Shown: positions 10,557-20,604, numbered from the stretch's first letter. The stretch is DNA of 64,000 nt from an uncultured cyanobacterium (GCA_963706595.1 OY970166.1:2208001-2272000), one strand, 5' to 3'. Made by a program: numbers and translations. Notes: generated by a model from the letters alone, not told the origin.

Positions 10557-10765
10557 AATCCTTTCCTGGTGAATATCTCCCAATATCTGATAATTTAACG
10601 GTTTTAGAGAGAAATTAAATCAGAGGAACGGTAGATATATCGAATTGACTGTCAAAGAAAATTTTTTTTATCTGTGGAAATGCTGCAAACGCAGGTAATA
10701 TCAGCAATCCGCCCTCATGTAGCCATCAAAACAAATCCTCTAATCTGGCAATATCTGCCTAAATC

Positions 10766-10807
10766 GTAGTTATTGCTACATACACTGGCAAAAACCGCAG
10801 ATACTAT
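10766..10807 (+). promoter_or_regulatory. Canonical NtcA-activated promoter
   Basis: GTA-GTTATTGC-TAC (10766-10779), 22-nt spacer, TACTAT -10 (10802-10807), i.e. GTAN8TAC-N22-TAN3T. Confidence 0.75.
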
Positions 10808-11034
10808 TAGAAAAATCTTAACCTTAACGTCAGGTAAGAAAAAAATGTTGGTTTATCCTTATCTCCTACAGGAAGCCATTGATTACAACCCATAGCAGTT
10901 AAATAATTTTGCCGTTCTAGTTAGTAGACAAAATCACAAATACTGGGTGGATAAAAATTTATCCCACAAGGCTGAGGCAGGTATTGACAAAATTCTGCCA
11001 ATATGCAATCAAGCAAAACGTAAAGGAGTTTGCC

Positions 11035-11289
11035 ATGCAACGTCAAATGTGCTGGTTATCTAAGTCTGGCGGCGATGGAGAGAAAATTTTACATCTGCAA
11101 GCTTCACCCAATCAACCTTGGCGACCCTATACAGCTTTTCCCCACTTTGCAGTCCCTGATTATCAAATTCCTGGTGGTTCTAAAGGTTGGGCTACTTATC
11201 AAAAACTTCTCAAAGCTGGTTGGACTTTAGTACATAGCGCACGGGCAAATGAGTTTACCAGCAGCTATGCAGAATCAATTAGGGAGTAG
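11035..11289 (+). CDS. Small hypothetical protein
   Basis: AAGGAG SD before ATG 11035; MQRQMCWLSK..PWRPY..VPDY..GSKGWATYQKLLKAGW. Confidence 0.75.
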   Translation: MQRQMCWLSKSGGDGEKILHLQASPNQPWRPYTAFPHFAVPDYQIPGGSKGWATYQKLLKAGWTLVHSARANEFTSSYAESIRE

Positions 11290-11334
11290 GGAGTGGGGAG
11301 TGGGGAGTGGGGAGTAGGGAGTAGGGAGTGGGGA
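11281..11334. repeat. Heptamer STRR tract (RGGGAGT)n
   Basis: Tandem GGGAGTA/GGGAGTG units between convergent genes. Confidence 0.9.
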
Positions 11335-11335
11335 A

Positions 11336-13117
11336 TTAGAAACCACTGGGAAAACCTTGACCACGAGGGTCAGCTGCTGCTTCTAAATCTCCGTCTGCGG
11401 TGACTGCGATCGCATTAGCATTACCCCAAGTGTTACTTTCGTTAATTTTGTGTCCACGACGACGTAACTCTTGCAGCGTCAGAGTATCTAAACCCCAACG
11501 TTCCACACGTAACTGATCGGGTAGCCACTGGTGATGTATGCGTGGGACAGACACTGCTGCACCTACATCCATTTGGTATTCCAGGACATTCAGGATAATT
11601 TGCAGCACCTGAGTAATGATCGTGCTACCACCAGGAGTCCCCACCGCCATTCTGAGACGGCCATTCTCGGTGATAATTGTGGGAGTCATGCTGGATAAGG
11701 GAGTTTTGCGAGGTGCGATCGCATTAGCTTCATTACCTACTAAACCAAAGGCATTGGGTACTCCTGGCGCGGCCGCAAAATCATCCATTTCGTTGTTAAG
11801 TACGATACCCGTTCCCGGTGTGGCTATACCTGCACCAAAGCCTAAATTAATGGTGAAAGTCAGACTGACGGCGTTATGTTCCGCATCGACTACAGTTAAA
11901 TGGCTGGTTTCAGTCGATTCTTTCGGTAAAATGGGAGTGGGGAAAGAACGTAAATCAACTGGCTTGATTTGACTTGCAGGTTTCGCCGTTGACATATCAA
12001 TTTCTAGACGGCGTTTTTTGGCGTAGTCTGGGCTGATTAGTTGTTCTACGGGGACTTTGATAAAATCGGGATCACCTAAATATTCTGCGCGATCAGCATA
12101 AGCAATTTTCATCGCTTCCGCCATTAAATGTAACGCATCAGGGTGATGCCATCCTAAAGATTGCAAGTCAGTCTCACCGATGGTGTTTAACATCTGCAAT
12201 AAATGTACTCCTCCCGATGAAGGTGGTGGCATTGAGCAAATTTTAGCTTGACGGAAATTGCCACAAACGGGATTCCGCCAAATTGGTTTGTAGGCTTTGA
12301 GGTCTTCTAGAGTAATTAAACCACCATTTTTTGCCATATCCGATGCGATCGCCCAGGCAATATTTCCGGTATAAAAACTGTGGGGACTGCGGGCAATATC
12401 TGTTAAAGTCCGCGCCAAATCGCGCTGTACCAGCCTTTCTCCCGGTTGATAGAAATCACCATTACGAGTAAAAATCTCCCGCATTGCTGGGTTATTTAGA
12501 ATCGTCTGGAGACGTATATGGTTGACTAGCAAAAAATGAGGCGAAAGTACACGTCTGAGTATAAAACCATCTTCAGCCAGTGCGATCGCAGGTTTTACCA
12601 CTTCTGCCCAGGGTAACTTACCATAAAGCCGATGCACTTCATACATTCCGGCTACCGTTCCTGGTGTCGCCACAGCTAAATAGCCAGTTACACTTGCATT
12701 GGGACGCACCTTACCATCTGCATCCAAATACATATCTTTTGTTGCTTTCAGAGGTGCGCGTTCCCGAAAATCTAAAGCTTTGATTTCGCCAGTTTTCCCA
12801 GAGTGCATTAATAAAAAACCACCCCCGCCAATTCCGGCTGAAAATGGTTCCACTACAGAAATTGCAAAAGTTGTGGCCACAGCCGCATCAATGGCGTTAC
12901 CACCTTGGCGTAACATTTTAATACCTGCGTCACTCGCTAGCGGATGGGCTGAAACCACCATTCCCTTTTGACTGCGTAGGGGTACTGTAATAGTGGTTAC
13001 GGCTGTTTGGCTGTAAAAAATAATCAGGCTACTAGAAAAGATGCCAATGGCAATCCGTCGGGATACAGCAAAAATACGCATTTTATGAATTTTGGTTGAT
13101 ATTTCCGAGAATTTCAA
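11336..13117 (-). CDS. ggt: Gamma-glutamyltransferase
   Basis: GGNAIDAA, GIGGGGF, DFRERAP, ETSHLTVVD (catalytic Thr), LNNEMDDF, PLSSMTP. Confidence 0.95.
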   Translation of the reverse strand: MKFSEISTKIHKMRIFAVSRRIAIGIFSSSLIIFYSQTAVTTITVPLRSQKGMVVSAHPLASDAGIKMLRQGGNAIDAAVATTFAISVVEPFSAGIGGGGFLLMHSGKTGEIKALDFRERAPLKATKDMYLDADGKVRPNASVTGYLAVATPGTVAGMYEVHRLYGKLPWAEVVKPAIALAEDGFILRRVLSPHFLLVNHIRLQTILNNPAMREIFTRNGDFYQPGERLVQRDLARTLTDIARSPHSFYTGNIAWAIASDMAKNGGLITLEDLKAYKPIWRNPVCGNFRQAKICSMPPPSSGGVHLLQMLNTIGETDLQSLGWHHPDALHLMAEAMKIAYADRAEYLGDPDFIKVPVEQLISPDYAKKRRLEIDMSTAKPASQIKPVDLRSFPTPILPKESTETSHLTVVDAEHNAVSLTFTINLGFGAGIATPGTGIVLNNEMDDFAAAPGVPNAFGLVGNEANAIAPRKTPLSSMTPTIITENGRLRMAVGTPGGSTIITQVLQIILNVLEYQMDVGAAVSVPRIHHQWLPDQLRVERWGLDTLTLQELRRRGHKINESNTWGNANAIAVTADGDLEAAADPRGQGFPSGF

Positions 13118-13300
13118 GTGTACATTATGTCTACTGTTGCATGGCTAATAGGTAACTTTTAATTTAGATTTAATAGCAGTAATTATGTCTAGATTTTGTT
13201 ATTATGCCATTGTAGCGTTATTGATTTTAACTAAGTTTTATAAATAATCCTCAAAATCCAATGACCCAAAGCTTAATTATTTTTTTGCAAAAATTATATT

Positions 13301-13788
13301 ATGAATTCCTTTGAAAATATAACTATTCAAGGATATCGTCGTTTGCATAACGTAAAAGTCGATATGCGTAATTTGACAGTTATGATTGGTGCTAATGGCG
13401 TAGGTAAAACTTCTTTCTTAGAGATATTTTTACTCTTAGCAGCATCGGCAAAAGGTCAGTTAGAACCAAAGCTTTCAGAGTTGAGTGGACTGAGTGAAAT
13501 CATTACCCGTGACCAGGCAGATCGTGTGGCGATCGCCTTATCAATGAGTGTACCTGGTTATGCACCGCTTGATTACCAACTCGAAGTTGCGCCTAAAGGC
13601 TTGTCATACGAAATTGCTTTAGAAACACTTACTCAACAGAATAATCCAGATGCTTTTGACCCTTTCAAACACATTGACTCTCGTGGTTTAGATGTTAAAT
13701 ATTTTAGTCCAGAGGATCAAAAATTATTGCGTCCGAATATAGTTTAGACCAAATTTGGGCAATGAATTTAATGGGTGGTCGTCCATGA
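13301..13788 (+). pseudogene. AAA_21/RecF-like ATPase with a large internal deletion
   Basis: Walker A IGANGVGKT in a 148-aa ORF with no ABC signature or Walker B. An out-of-frame C-terminal peptide EYSLDQIWAMNLMGGRP* (13735-13788) directly follows ...KLLRP. Confidence 0.75.
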
Positions 13789-14393
13789 AGATAGCTATTT
13801 TAGTGGAAGGTGCAACTGAAAAGGTTTTTAAGCCAATTTTAACCGATTTTCTCAAGTCACGCTTACAACAACGAATGCCCAAGCTTCAATTCATGCCGTA
13901 TGATGGACGCATTCCCAAAGAAGAAAAACTCAAACGTATTGTCACAAATTTGCTGACAGGAAAACAAGCTGTTAATGCTGTAATTGCACTAACAGATGTT
14001 TATACAGGAACCAATGATTTTCAAAGTGCAGCAGATGCTAAAGATAAAATGACAGCTTGGGTAGGAAATTACCCGAATTTTTACCCTCATGCCGCACAGT
14101 ATGATTTTGAAGCTTGGCTATTACCTTATTGGAAAACTATTCAGGATTTAGCTCAACATAACAAGTCATCGCCTGGGGGTTTACCTGAGCAAGTTAATCA
14201 TAATAATCCACCATCATATCGGATTAAAGAAATTTTTGAACTAGGTAAATGTAAACGTAGTTACAATAAGATTCGTGATGCAGCAAGCATTTTGAAAAAA
14301 AATGATTTGATAGTTGCGCTTAACCAGTGTTCTGAATTAAAGGCTTTTTTAAACACTATTCTATCTCTTTGTGAGGTTGATTTGATTCCTTGA
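13785..14393 (+). CDS. DUF4276 family (TOPRIM-like) protein
   Basis: MKIAILVEGATE, ALTDVY, QYDFEAWLL, PEQVN, CSELKAFL; ATGA overlap with the ATPase remnant. Confidence 0.8.
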   Translation: MKIAILVEGATEKVFKPILTDFLKSRLQQRMPKLQFMPYDGRIPKEEKLKRIVTNLLTGKQAVNAVIALTDVYTGTNDFQSAADAKDKMTAWVGNYPNFYPHAAQYDFEAWLLPYWKTIQDLAQHNKSSPGGLPEQVNHNNPPSYRIKEIFELGKCKRSYNKIRDAASILKKNDLIVALNQCSELKAFLNTILSLCEVDLIP

Positions 14394-14452
14394 ATAGTAT
14401 GCGGTTCAAAGCTATAAACAAAACATGGGTGTACGATTATACGCAGAAATTC

Positions 14453-15352
14453 CTATAATCCCTGAGACTTGCGAAACTCGCGCACCACAGTTTTAATATC
14501 TTGTAATTCGCCTTCAACTAAATTATTTAACTCCCGCATTTTATCGGCGGTAATTTTTCCAGAAAGTTGATTTATAGCGGTTTTTAATTGCGGATATTTA
14601 TCTAACGTTTCTTTACGAACAATGGGCGCAGCTTCATAAGGGGGAAAATACTGTTGGTCATCTTTAAGTACCACTAAACCGAGGCGGGAGATTTGCCCAT
14701 CCGTAGAATTTCCTGCTACCATATCAACTTGTTTTTGAATTAACGCCCGATATATTAAACCCAAGTCCATAATTTGAGGAGGTCTAGCAAAACTGAGATT
14801 GTAGGTTTTAGCTAATCCTGGAAAACCATCTTCCCGTTCTAAAAATTCATAGCCAAACCCACCGCGCCATTCAGGTGTATATTTAGCAGCTTCCGAGAGA
14901 GTTTGAATATTATAGCGTTTAGCATCTTCACCGCGAATAATCATGGCAAATGTATTTTCAAACCCTAAACTGGGCATGACTTCTAAATTAAACTGTTCTG
15001 CATAAGCCTGTTTTAATTTTTCGTGAACTGATTTTGGGTCATTAACTGCTTGTTGTTTTAAAATAGCAGTAAAAGCCGTGCCTGTGTACTCAATATAAGC
15101 ATCAATTTTTCCGGCAAGAATCGCATTATGGCAAACAAAAGAACCCCCTAAACGGGGACGGCGTGTAACTGTTAAATCAGTTGTATCTTCAATTTGCTGG
15201 GCTAAAAGTTCACCTAATATATCTTGTTCTGTAAAATCTTTGGAAGCAATAACAATATCACCAGCACTGCTTGTAGTAGTATTGAAATTGCAACTAGCGA
15301 TCGCAATCACTAACACAAAACTTAATACAAATAAACTAAACAATCTTCTCAT
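14453..15352 (-). CDS. Osmoprotectant/glycine betaine ABC substrate-binding lipoprotein
   Basis: Lipobox IASC, SKDFTEQDILGE, YIEYTGT, GFENTFA, FPPYEA. Confidence 0.92.
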   Translation of the reverse strand: MRRLFSLFVLSFVLVIAIASCNFNTTTSSAGDIVIASKDFTEQDILGELLAQQIEDTTDLTVTRRPRLGGSFVCHNAILAGKIDAYIEYTGTAFTAILKQQAVNDPKSVHEKLKQAYAEQFNLEVMPSLGFENTFAMIIRGEDAKRYNIQTLSEAAKYTPEWRGGFGYEFLEREDGFPGLAKTYNLSFARPPQIMDLGLIYRALIQKQVDMVAGNSTDGQISRLGLVVLKDDQQYFPPYEAAPIVRKETLDKYPQLKTAINQLSGKITADKMRELNNLVEGELQDIKTVVREFRKSQGL

Positions 15353-15410
15353 AATTTTCTATTAATTAAAACTCTCGCATTTATCAGATGATCTGCTAAA
15401 GTTTTAATCC

Positions 15411-16043
15411 TTAAATTTTAACTTTTAATTTCTGTTCCAGCCAACCAATACCCAAATCAGCGACTAAAGCAATCATCGCCGCCGGCACTGCGCCAGCTAA
15501 AATTAACTGATTATTTACCACGGAAATTCCGCGAAAAATAAACACACCCAAACCACCAGCACCAATAGCCGCCGCAATTGTGGCGATACCGATAGAAATG
15601 ACTGTTGCTACCCGCACACCAGCCAAAATTACCCCCATTGCTAAGGGAATTTCTACTTGTAACAACAATTGTCTATCTGTCATCCCCATACCTCGCCCAG
15701 CTTCCCGAATCGCTGGATCTACCCCAGTTATACCAGTATACGTATTGCGAATTATCGGCAGAAAGGAATATAAAGTTAGAGCAAAAATTGCTGGCACAAC
15801 CCCAATACCGCCAATGACTGGGACGGGAATTAGCAACCCAAATAATGCTAAACTGGGAATAGTTTGGAGAATATTGGCAATACCGAGAATCGGTTGACGC
15901 AGGTGAGTTTTGCGGGTGATTAAAATACCTAATGGTATACCGATGAGTGTAGCAGTGGCGATCGCAATACTCACCATAAATAAGTGTTCTAGGGTATGTC
16001 GCAGGATTTCTGGCGCATACTTAATTAAAAAAAAGTCTTTCAT
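15411..16043 (-). CDS. Osmoprotectant ABC permease
   Basis: QTIPSLALFG, EAGRGMGMT (EAA loop), IGAGGLG; likely start MKDFF. Confidence 0.92.
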   Translation of the reverse strand: MKDFFLIKYAPEILRHTLEHLFMVSIAIATATLIGIPLGILITRKTHLRQPILGIANILQTIPSLALFGLLIPVPVIGGIGVVPAIFALTLYSFLPIIRNTYTGITGVDPAIREAGRGMGMTDRQLLLQVEIPLAMGVILAGVRVATVISIGIATIAAAIGAGGLGVFIFRGISVVNNQLILAGAVPAAMIALVADLGIGWLEQKLKVKI

Positions 16044-16804
16044 AAGGTTTCTTGCAATGATTGCAGACATTGGAGAAAAGCTAGGCTTTCTGGATGTTGC
16101 GAGCGTTTAAATTCATCCTTTGTCCCTAATACTACCAATTCTCCCTCACACATTAACCCAATTCGGGAAGCTAAAACAAAGGCTTCTTGAATATCATGGG
16201 TGACAAACACCACTGTCTTATTTAACTCTTGTTGTAAGCGGCGAAACTCTTGTTGGAGTTCTAAGCGGGTAATCGGATCGAGTGCGCCAAACGGTTCATC
16301 CATCAATAATACAGGGGGATCGGCGGCTAATGCTCTCGCTACACCCACTCGTTGCTTTTGTCCTCCCGAAAGTTCATGAGGATAACGCCCCGCAAATTGT
16401 GCAGGATCTAAGCCTACCATCTGCAACAATTCATAAACCCGCATTTTAATTTGTTTAGATTGCCAACCCAGCAACGTGGGGACTAAACCCACATTCCGTT
16501 CGACAGTGAAATGGGGAAATAAACCAGTTTCTTGAATCACATAACCTATATTGCGCCGTAATTTAATTTCGTCCCATTCAGTTGTGGGAATGCCATTAAA
16601 TAATACTTCACCTTGTGTAGGTATGAACAGGCGATTGATTAATTTCATTGTCGTAGTTTTACCGCTTCCACTACGTCCGAGTAAGACTAAAGCTTCTCCC
16701 TGATTAATAGAGAAATTGAGATGAGATACTAAAGGGCGATGGTTGCGGCTAAAGGTGACATCGCGGAATTCCACAGCAATTGGTTGTTGTTGTTGCATCA
16801 TCAA
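16040..16804 (-). CDS. Osmoprotectant ABC ATP-binding protein
   Basis: GRSGSGKTT, LSGGQKQR, LLMDEPFGALDP. Confidence 0.92.
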   Translation of the reverse strand: MMMQQQQPIAVEFRDVTFSRNHRPLVSHLNFSINQGEALVLLGRSGSGKTTTMKLINRLFIPTQGEVLFNGIPTTEWDEIKLRRNIGYVIQETGLFPHFTVERNVGLVPTLLGWQSKQIKMRVYELLQMVGLDPAQFAGRYPHELSGGQKQRVGVARALAADPPVLLMDEPFGALDPITRLELQQEFRRLQQELNKTVVFVTHDIQEAFVLASRIGLMCEGELVVLGTKDEFKRSQHPESLAFLQCLQSLQETL

Positions 16805-16836
16805 GTTGATTTTTGCAGGTACTTATTTATTTACTT

Positions 16837-17625
16837 ATGCCAAAAGTTCACGTTAACGGCATTGATTTGTTCTACGACATCAAAGGACAGGGTGAACCTT
16901 TACTCTTAATTGCTGGTTTCTTATGCGATCACTCCTATTGGTCGTTAATCATGCCATCCCTCGTTACCCAATATCAAGTTATTCGTGTGGATAATCGCGG
17001 CATGGGGCGAAGTTCTGCCCCCGATAGTCCCTATACTATTCAGGAGATGGCAAAGGATATAGCCGCATTACTTGATCACATCGATATCGGTCAAGTAAAT
17101 GTAGTCGGTCATTCCATGGGTGGTCAAATTGCCCAAGAACTGGTATTAGCGCATCCTGGAAGGGTAAAAAGTCTAATTTTGCTTTCTACTTTCGCCAAGG
17201 CTGATGGCAGATGCAATCATGTGATTGCTACATGGGGCGACCTTCCCAGTAGTATAGACCTGAAGCTTTATGAACAAGTCGTATTTCCTTGGATATTTAC
17301 CGATGAGTTTTATACGATTCCCGGCATGGTAGAACAACTAATTGAGTGGGCAGTCAATTATCCCTTTACACCAGCCACACATACACTTTATCATCATAGT
17401 CGGGCTATTCTCAGCAGTGATACACAAGACCGCCTGCATAACATTGACTGTCCCACGCTGATTTTAGTTGGGAAACAAGACATTCTCACCCCAGTTAAGT
17501 TTTCTGAACAACTAGCTCAAAGTATTCCCCACGCTGAACTGGTAGTCATCGACCGTGGCGGTCATGGTTTTTTGATTGAGTGTTCGGATACAGTAATTTC
17601 TGTGATGCTGAAATTTTTAGCTTAA
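16837..17625 (+). CDS. Alpha/beta hydrolase
   Basis: DNRGMGRS, GHSMGG nucleophile elbow, GKQD, GGHG. Confidence 0.9.
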   Translation: MPKVHVNGIDLFYDIKGQGEPLLLIAGFLCDHSYWSLIMPSLVTQYQVIRVDNRGMGRSSAPDSPYTIQEMAKDIAALLDHIDIGQVNVVGHSMGGQIAQELVLAHPGRVKSLILLSTFAKADGRCNHVIATWGDLPSSIDLKLYEQVVFPWIFTDEFYTIPGMVEQLIEWAVNYPFTPATHTLYHHSRAILSSDTQDRLHNIDCPTLILVGKQDILTPVKFSEQLAQSIPHAELVVIDRGGHGFLIECSDTVISVMLKFLA

Positions 17626-17629
17626 ACAG

Positions 17630-18091
17630 CAAGAAGCCTCTCACTTAACACGATAGCGGAAGTGATGAGATGAATTGCGCGTGAATTGACGACAGTCTCC
17701 CGACCAATGCGACAGCGAGGAAGGGAGACACGGAGGAAACGAGCAAAATATTTTAAATTTGGTATAATCGATTTGGTTGACTTCACCCATATTGGTGTCT
17801 GATAAGCCTCTGTCCAATAGCATTACGATTATTGGTAAGCGACTCCGTTGCACAGCATAGAAGCAAGTAGGCACATCTTGATTAATACAGATCACCTCCG
17901 GGTTTGTCCTATAGCGCGAATAAGCCAGCATCTCATCCAGGACAGTAAAATTTGTAGGGTACAAGGTAAGAAATTGCATAGTCTGCGGAGGGGCTTCTCG
18001 TGGACTTAAAACAAAGCTCAGTCAATGTCTTCATAGAAGAGTCGCTGAGAAGCCTACACTGTATGCTTGCATCAGTGTAGGAGTATGTCAC
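17630..18091 (+). mobile_element. Decayed or non-autonomous IS200/IS605-like element
   Basis: Left-end-like AAGAAGCCTCTCACTT..AAGTGATGAGATGAATTGCG and right-end-like GAAGCCTACACTG..CAGTGTAGGAGTATGTCAC hairpins; no intact tnpA/tnpB. Family assigned from memory of cyanobacterial IS605 ends. Confidence 0.5.
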
Positions 18092-18131
18092 CCCGTGATT
18101 TGCTTCAAAATCTCCCCTCTCCTTAGTCCTA

Positions 18132-18451
18132 CTGGCGTGACCAGCTTAAAATAGTGCATTAGGAAAAAGCAGAAAACATAGATTTATCTCAATTTTCTCA
18201 AAAATCTATTGCAACATTTTAGCCTTGTCACGCCAGTAGTAGCGTGGCAAGCTTAAAATGGGGCATTAGGAAAAAGCAGACAACATTGATTTATCTCGAT
18301 TTTCTCAAAAATCTATTGCAACATTTTAGCCTTGTCACGCCAGTAGTAGCGTGGCAAGCTTAAAATAGTGCATTAGGTAAAAAGCAGAAAACATTGATTT
18401 ATCTCGATTTTCTCAAAAATCTATTGCAACATTTTAGCCTTGTCACGCCAG
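18132..18451. mobile_element. Three head-to-tail IS630-derived MITEs (105, 105, 106 bp) separated by TA
   Basis: Units 18132-18236, 18239-18343, 18346-18451, near identical; ends STRGCGTGRCMAGCTTAAAAT...ATTTTAGCCTTGTCACGCCAG match the TIRs of the adjacent IS630. Confidence 0.9.
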
Positions 18452-18453
18452 TA

Positions 18454-19702
18454 GTGGCGTGACAAGCTTAAAATGTTGCATTAGAATCAACGATTTTGTG
18501 AGTTTCAAACACTGGGTAAAGATGTTTAAGTTTGATACGAGCATCATCAGTAGTAAAACGCCAAATAACTTTACCTGCGGTGCGGTTACGTTCGTTTTGC
18601 CAAGCGGTCAATTCTCTAGATAGTTGACAAATACTAGGAATTCGTCGGTCTAGGCACTGTTGGCTTAAAACGCTTAATTCAATTTCGGCAACGTTGAGCC
18701 AGCTTCCATTGCGAGGAGTGTAATAAATCTCCAGTCTCCTAGCCAAGCGGTGAGCTTCTGGTGCGGGAAAAGCTTCGTAAAGTGATGTAATGCTATGAGT
18801 GTTGAGGTTGTCACATAGCAATTTGACCTTGGTGGCTTGGGGATAGTCTTCATCTAATAGTTGACGGACTTCTTCGGCCCAATCAACACGAGTCCGATGA
18901 GCGCGATTGCTGACACGTCGCCAACCTCTGATTGGGTCAAAAAACATGAACAAAGCTTGGACTCCTTCGCGAGTATAGTGATAATCTTCTTTTGCATCTT
19001 CACCCGGTTCCATTGGTTTTGGCTCATAAAGATGCCCTGTTAATTGTCTAGAAGCTTCATCCATACAGATTAAAGGTTCCAAATCACTATGTTCTTGGCT
19101 GTAGAGGTCTAAAACTACTTCCATTTGAGAGACAAAACGTGCTATATCCCGTTCGGGAATACAAAATCTTTCTGTTTTCCAGGGGCGTAATTTGTTTTTT
19201 TTAATGTCTTTCTAATCGTCTCCCTAGAAATTTCTATGATAATTTTTCGGTTTTGAATTTCTTGCGTCAGTAATCTGAGACTCCAGTGTGCTTGCCCCGT
19301 GGGAGGTTCAGAACAACATAATGCAATGATTTGGGCTTCAGTCTGACCATCTATCTTGCTGACATTTGGTGGTTTTAACCTCTGATGACGATTTAAGGCA
19401 GGTTCTTCTCCCTGTTCGAGGAACCTCTTCCTGATTCTTGCCACCGTATTGCGATGAACCCTTAACCCTATACTTATTTCTTCATCTGTCCATTTTTTCC
19501 TTGCACCCTCTCCCTCATCGCACATTAACAACACCTGTGCGTGCAATATTTTTTTGGCTGGGGCCTGTCCGTTGCGAGCGATCGCTTCTAATCTTTTTCT
19601 TTTCTCTGTATCTAATATGACTTTATCTCTACGACCTCTCCCCATCAATTTCTCCTTTTTTTTCCTCCATTCTAATGCACTATTTTAAGCTTGCCATGCC
19701 AC
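18454..19702 (-). mobile_element. IS630-family insertion sequence (1249 bp)
   Basis: TIRs GTGGCGTGACAAGCTTAAAATGTTGCATTAGA / TCTAATGCACTATTTTAAGCTTGCCATGCCAC with TA on both sides. Confidence 0.92.
18468..19645 (-). CDS. IS630 transposase, two ORFs joined by a probable -1 frameshift
   Basis: OrfA HTH (WSLRLL, ISRETIRKTLKK); A8 run at 19195-19202 shifts into KLRPW..FCIP..FVSQME; OrfB DDE motifs CMDE, CDNLNTH, SWLNVAEIE. Confidence 0.9.
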
Positions 19703-19704
19703 TA

Positions 19705-19809
19705 CTGGCGTGGCAAGCTTAAAATGGGGCATTAGGAAAAAGCAGACAACATTGATTTATCTCGATTTTCTCAAAAATCTATTGCAACATTTTAGCCTTG
19801 TCACGCCAG
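19705..19809. mobile_element. Fourth IS630-derived 105-bp MITE
   Basis: Near identical to 18239-18343; flanked by TA. Confidence 0.9.
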
Positions 19810-19888
19810 TAGGGTGTGTTATGCCGAAGGCTAACGCACCATCCCAGATTTTCGGTGCGTTAGGACTAAAGTCCATAACACACCCTAC
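19809..19888. repeat. GTAG-type REP doublet
   Basis: GTAGGGTGTGTTA..TAACGCACC spacer GGTGCGTTA..TAACACACCCTAC; related copy at 35044-35124. Confidence 0.7.
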
Positions 19889-19920
19889 CGAAAGAAAATG
19901 AGTGCAGGTAATATTTTCCG

Positions 19921-20012
19921 ACTTGTGTGTAAACTGTAGCCTCGCCTACGGGGGCTAGGGGTGGGGTGTTATGACACAAAAGAGAATTTCCCGACTTGTG
20001 TGTACACCGTAG
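19921..20012 (-). mobile_element. Two nested ends of the CTACGGTGTACACACAAGT MITE family
   Basis: ACTTGTGTGTAAACTGTAG at 19921-19939 and ACTTGTGTGTACACCGTAG ending at 20012; 19940-20012 is the reverse complement of the left part of the 9368 MITE. Confidence 0.8.
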
Positions 20013-20238
20013 TTCCTTAGTCAAGAGAGACGTTTAGGCTGAGGTTGGTGTATTTAATTAAATTTCTATTCTGTAACTAATGGGAAAATTTCTTTTTAAC
20101 TTAATAGCAGCAAATAAAAATGTCAAATTTTTACGGAAATTGGATTCTAGTTAATGTGGGTAGGTGGGATAATAGTGGCATATTATTATAGTTAGGCATT
20201 GGTCACCCTATTCATCCTCAAGGATACCAATTATAGAT

Positions 20239-20604
20239 ATGACAGACTTTAGAGAACTGCAAGAATGGGAAAAAGCGCACGAACTAACAGTTGCAGTCTA
20301 TGAAATTACTAAAACCTTTCCAGAAGAGGAATTACAGGGGCTAACTCAACAAATTCGTTTAGCTTGCACTACCATTCCTATCAAGATAGCTCAGGGATGC
20401 GATCGCGATGACTATGAAATGCAACTAGATTTTCTGGAAATGGCGCGAGATGCAGTGATTGAGGTGGAATACTACTTGCTGCTTTGCTTTGAGTTGAATA
20501 TGCTCAAGTCCTCTGATTATGATGATTTAATCAGTGACGTGGTAGAAGTCAAGGAACTGCTAGCATCTTATATTGATAAGCAAAGTCACAATTTTGATGA
20601 ATAG
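20239..20604 (+). CDS. Four-helix-bundle protein (23S rRNA IVP-like family)
   Basis: DFRELQEWEKAHEL..YEITKTFPEEE..GLTQQIR..IPIKIAQG. Confidence 0.8.
   Translation: MTDFRELQEWEKAHELTVAVYEITKTFPEEELQGLTQQIRLACTTIPIKIAQGCDRDDYEMQLDFLEMARDAVIEVEYYLLLCFELNMLKSSDYDDLISDVVEVKELLASYIDKQSHNFDE

Noticed and set aside
17641..17979. 112-aa minus-strand ORF
   Set aside because: No recognisable motif and lies within an IS remnant
18132..18451. CRISPR-like periodic array
   Set aside because: Whole ~105-bp units are near identical with no unique spacers, their ends equal the IS630 TIRs, and there are no cas genes
20239..20604. DGR accessory (Avd) protein linked to the RT
   Set aside because: It is over 40 kb from the RT, no template/variable repeats were found, and it fits the common four-helix-bundle family
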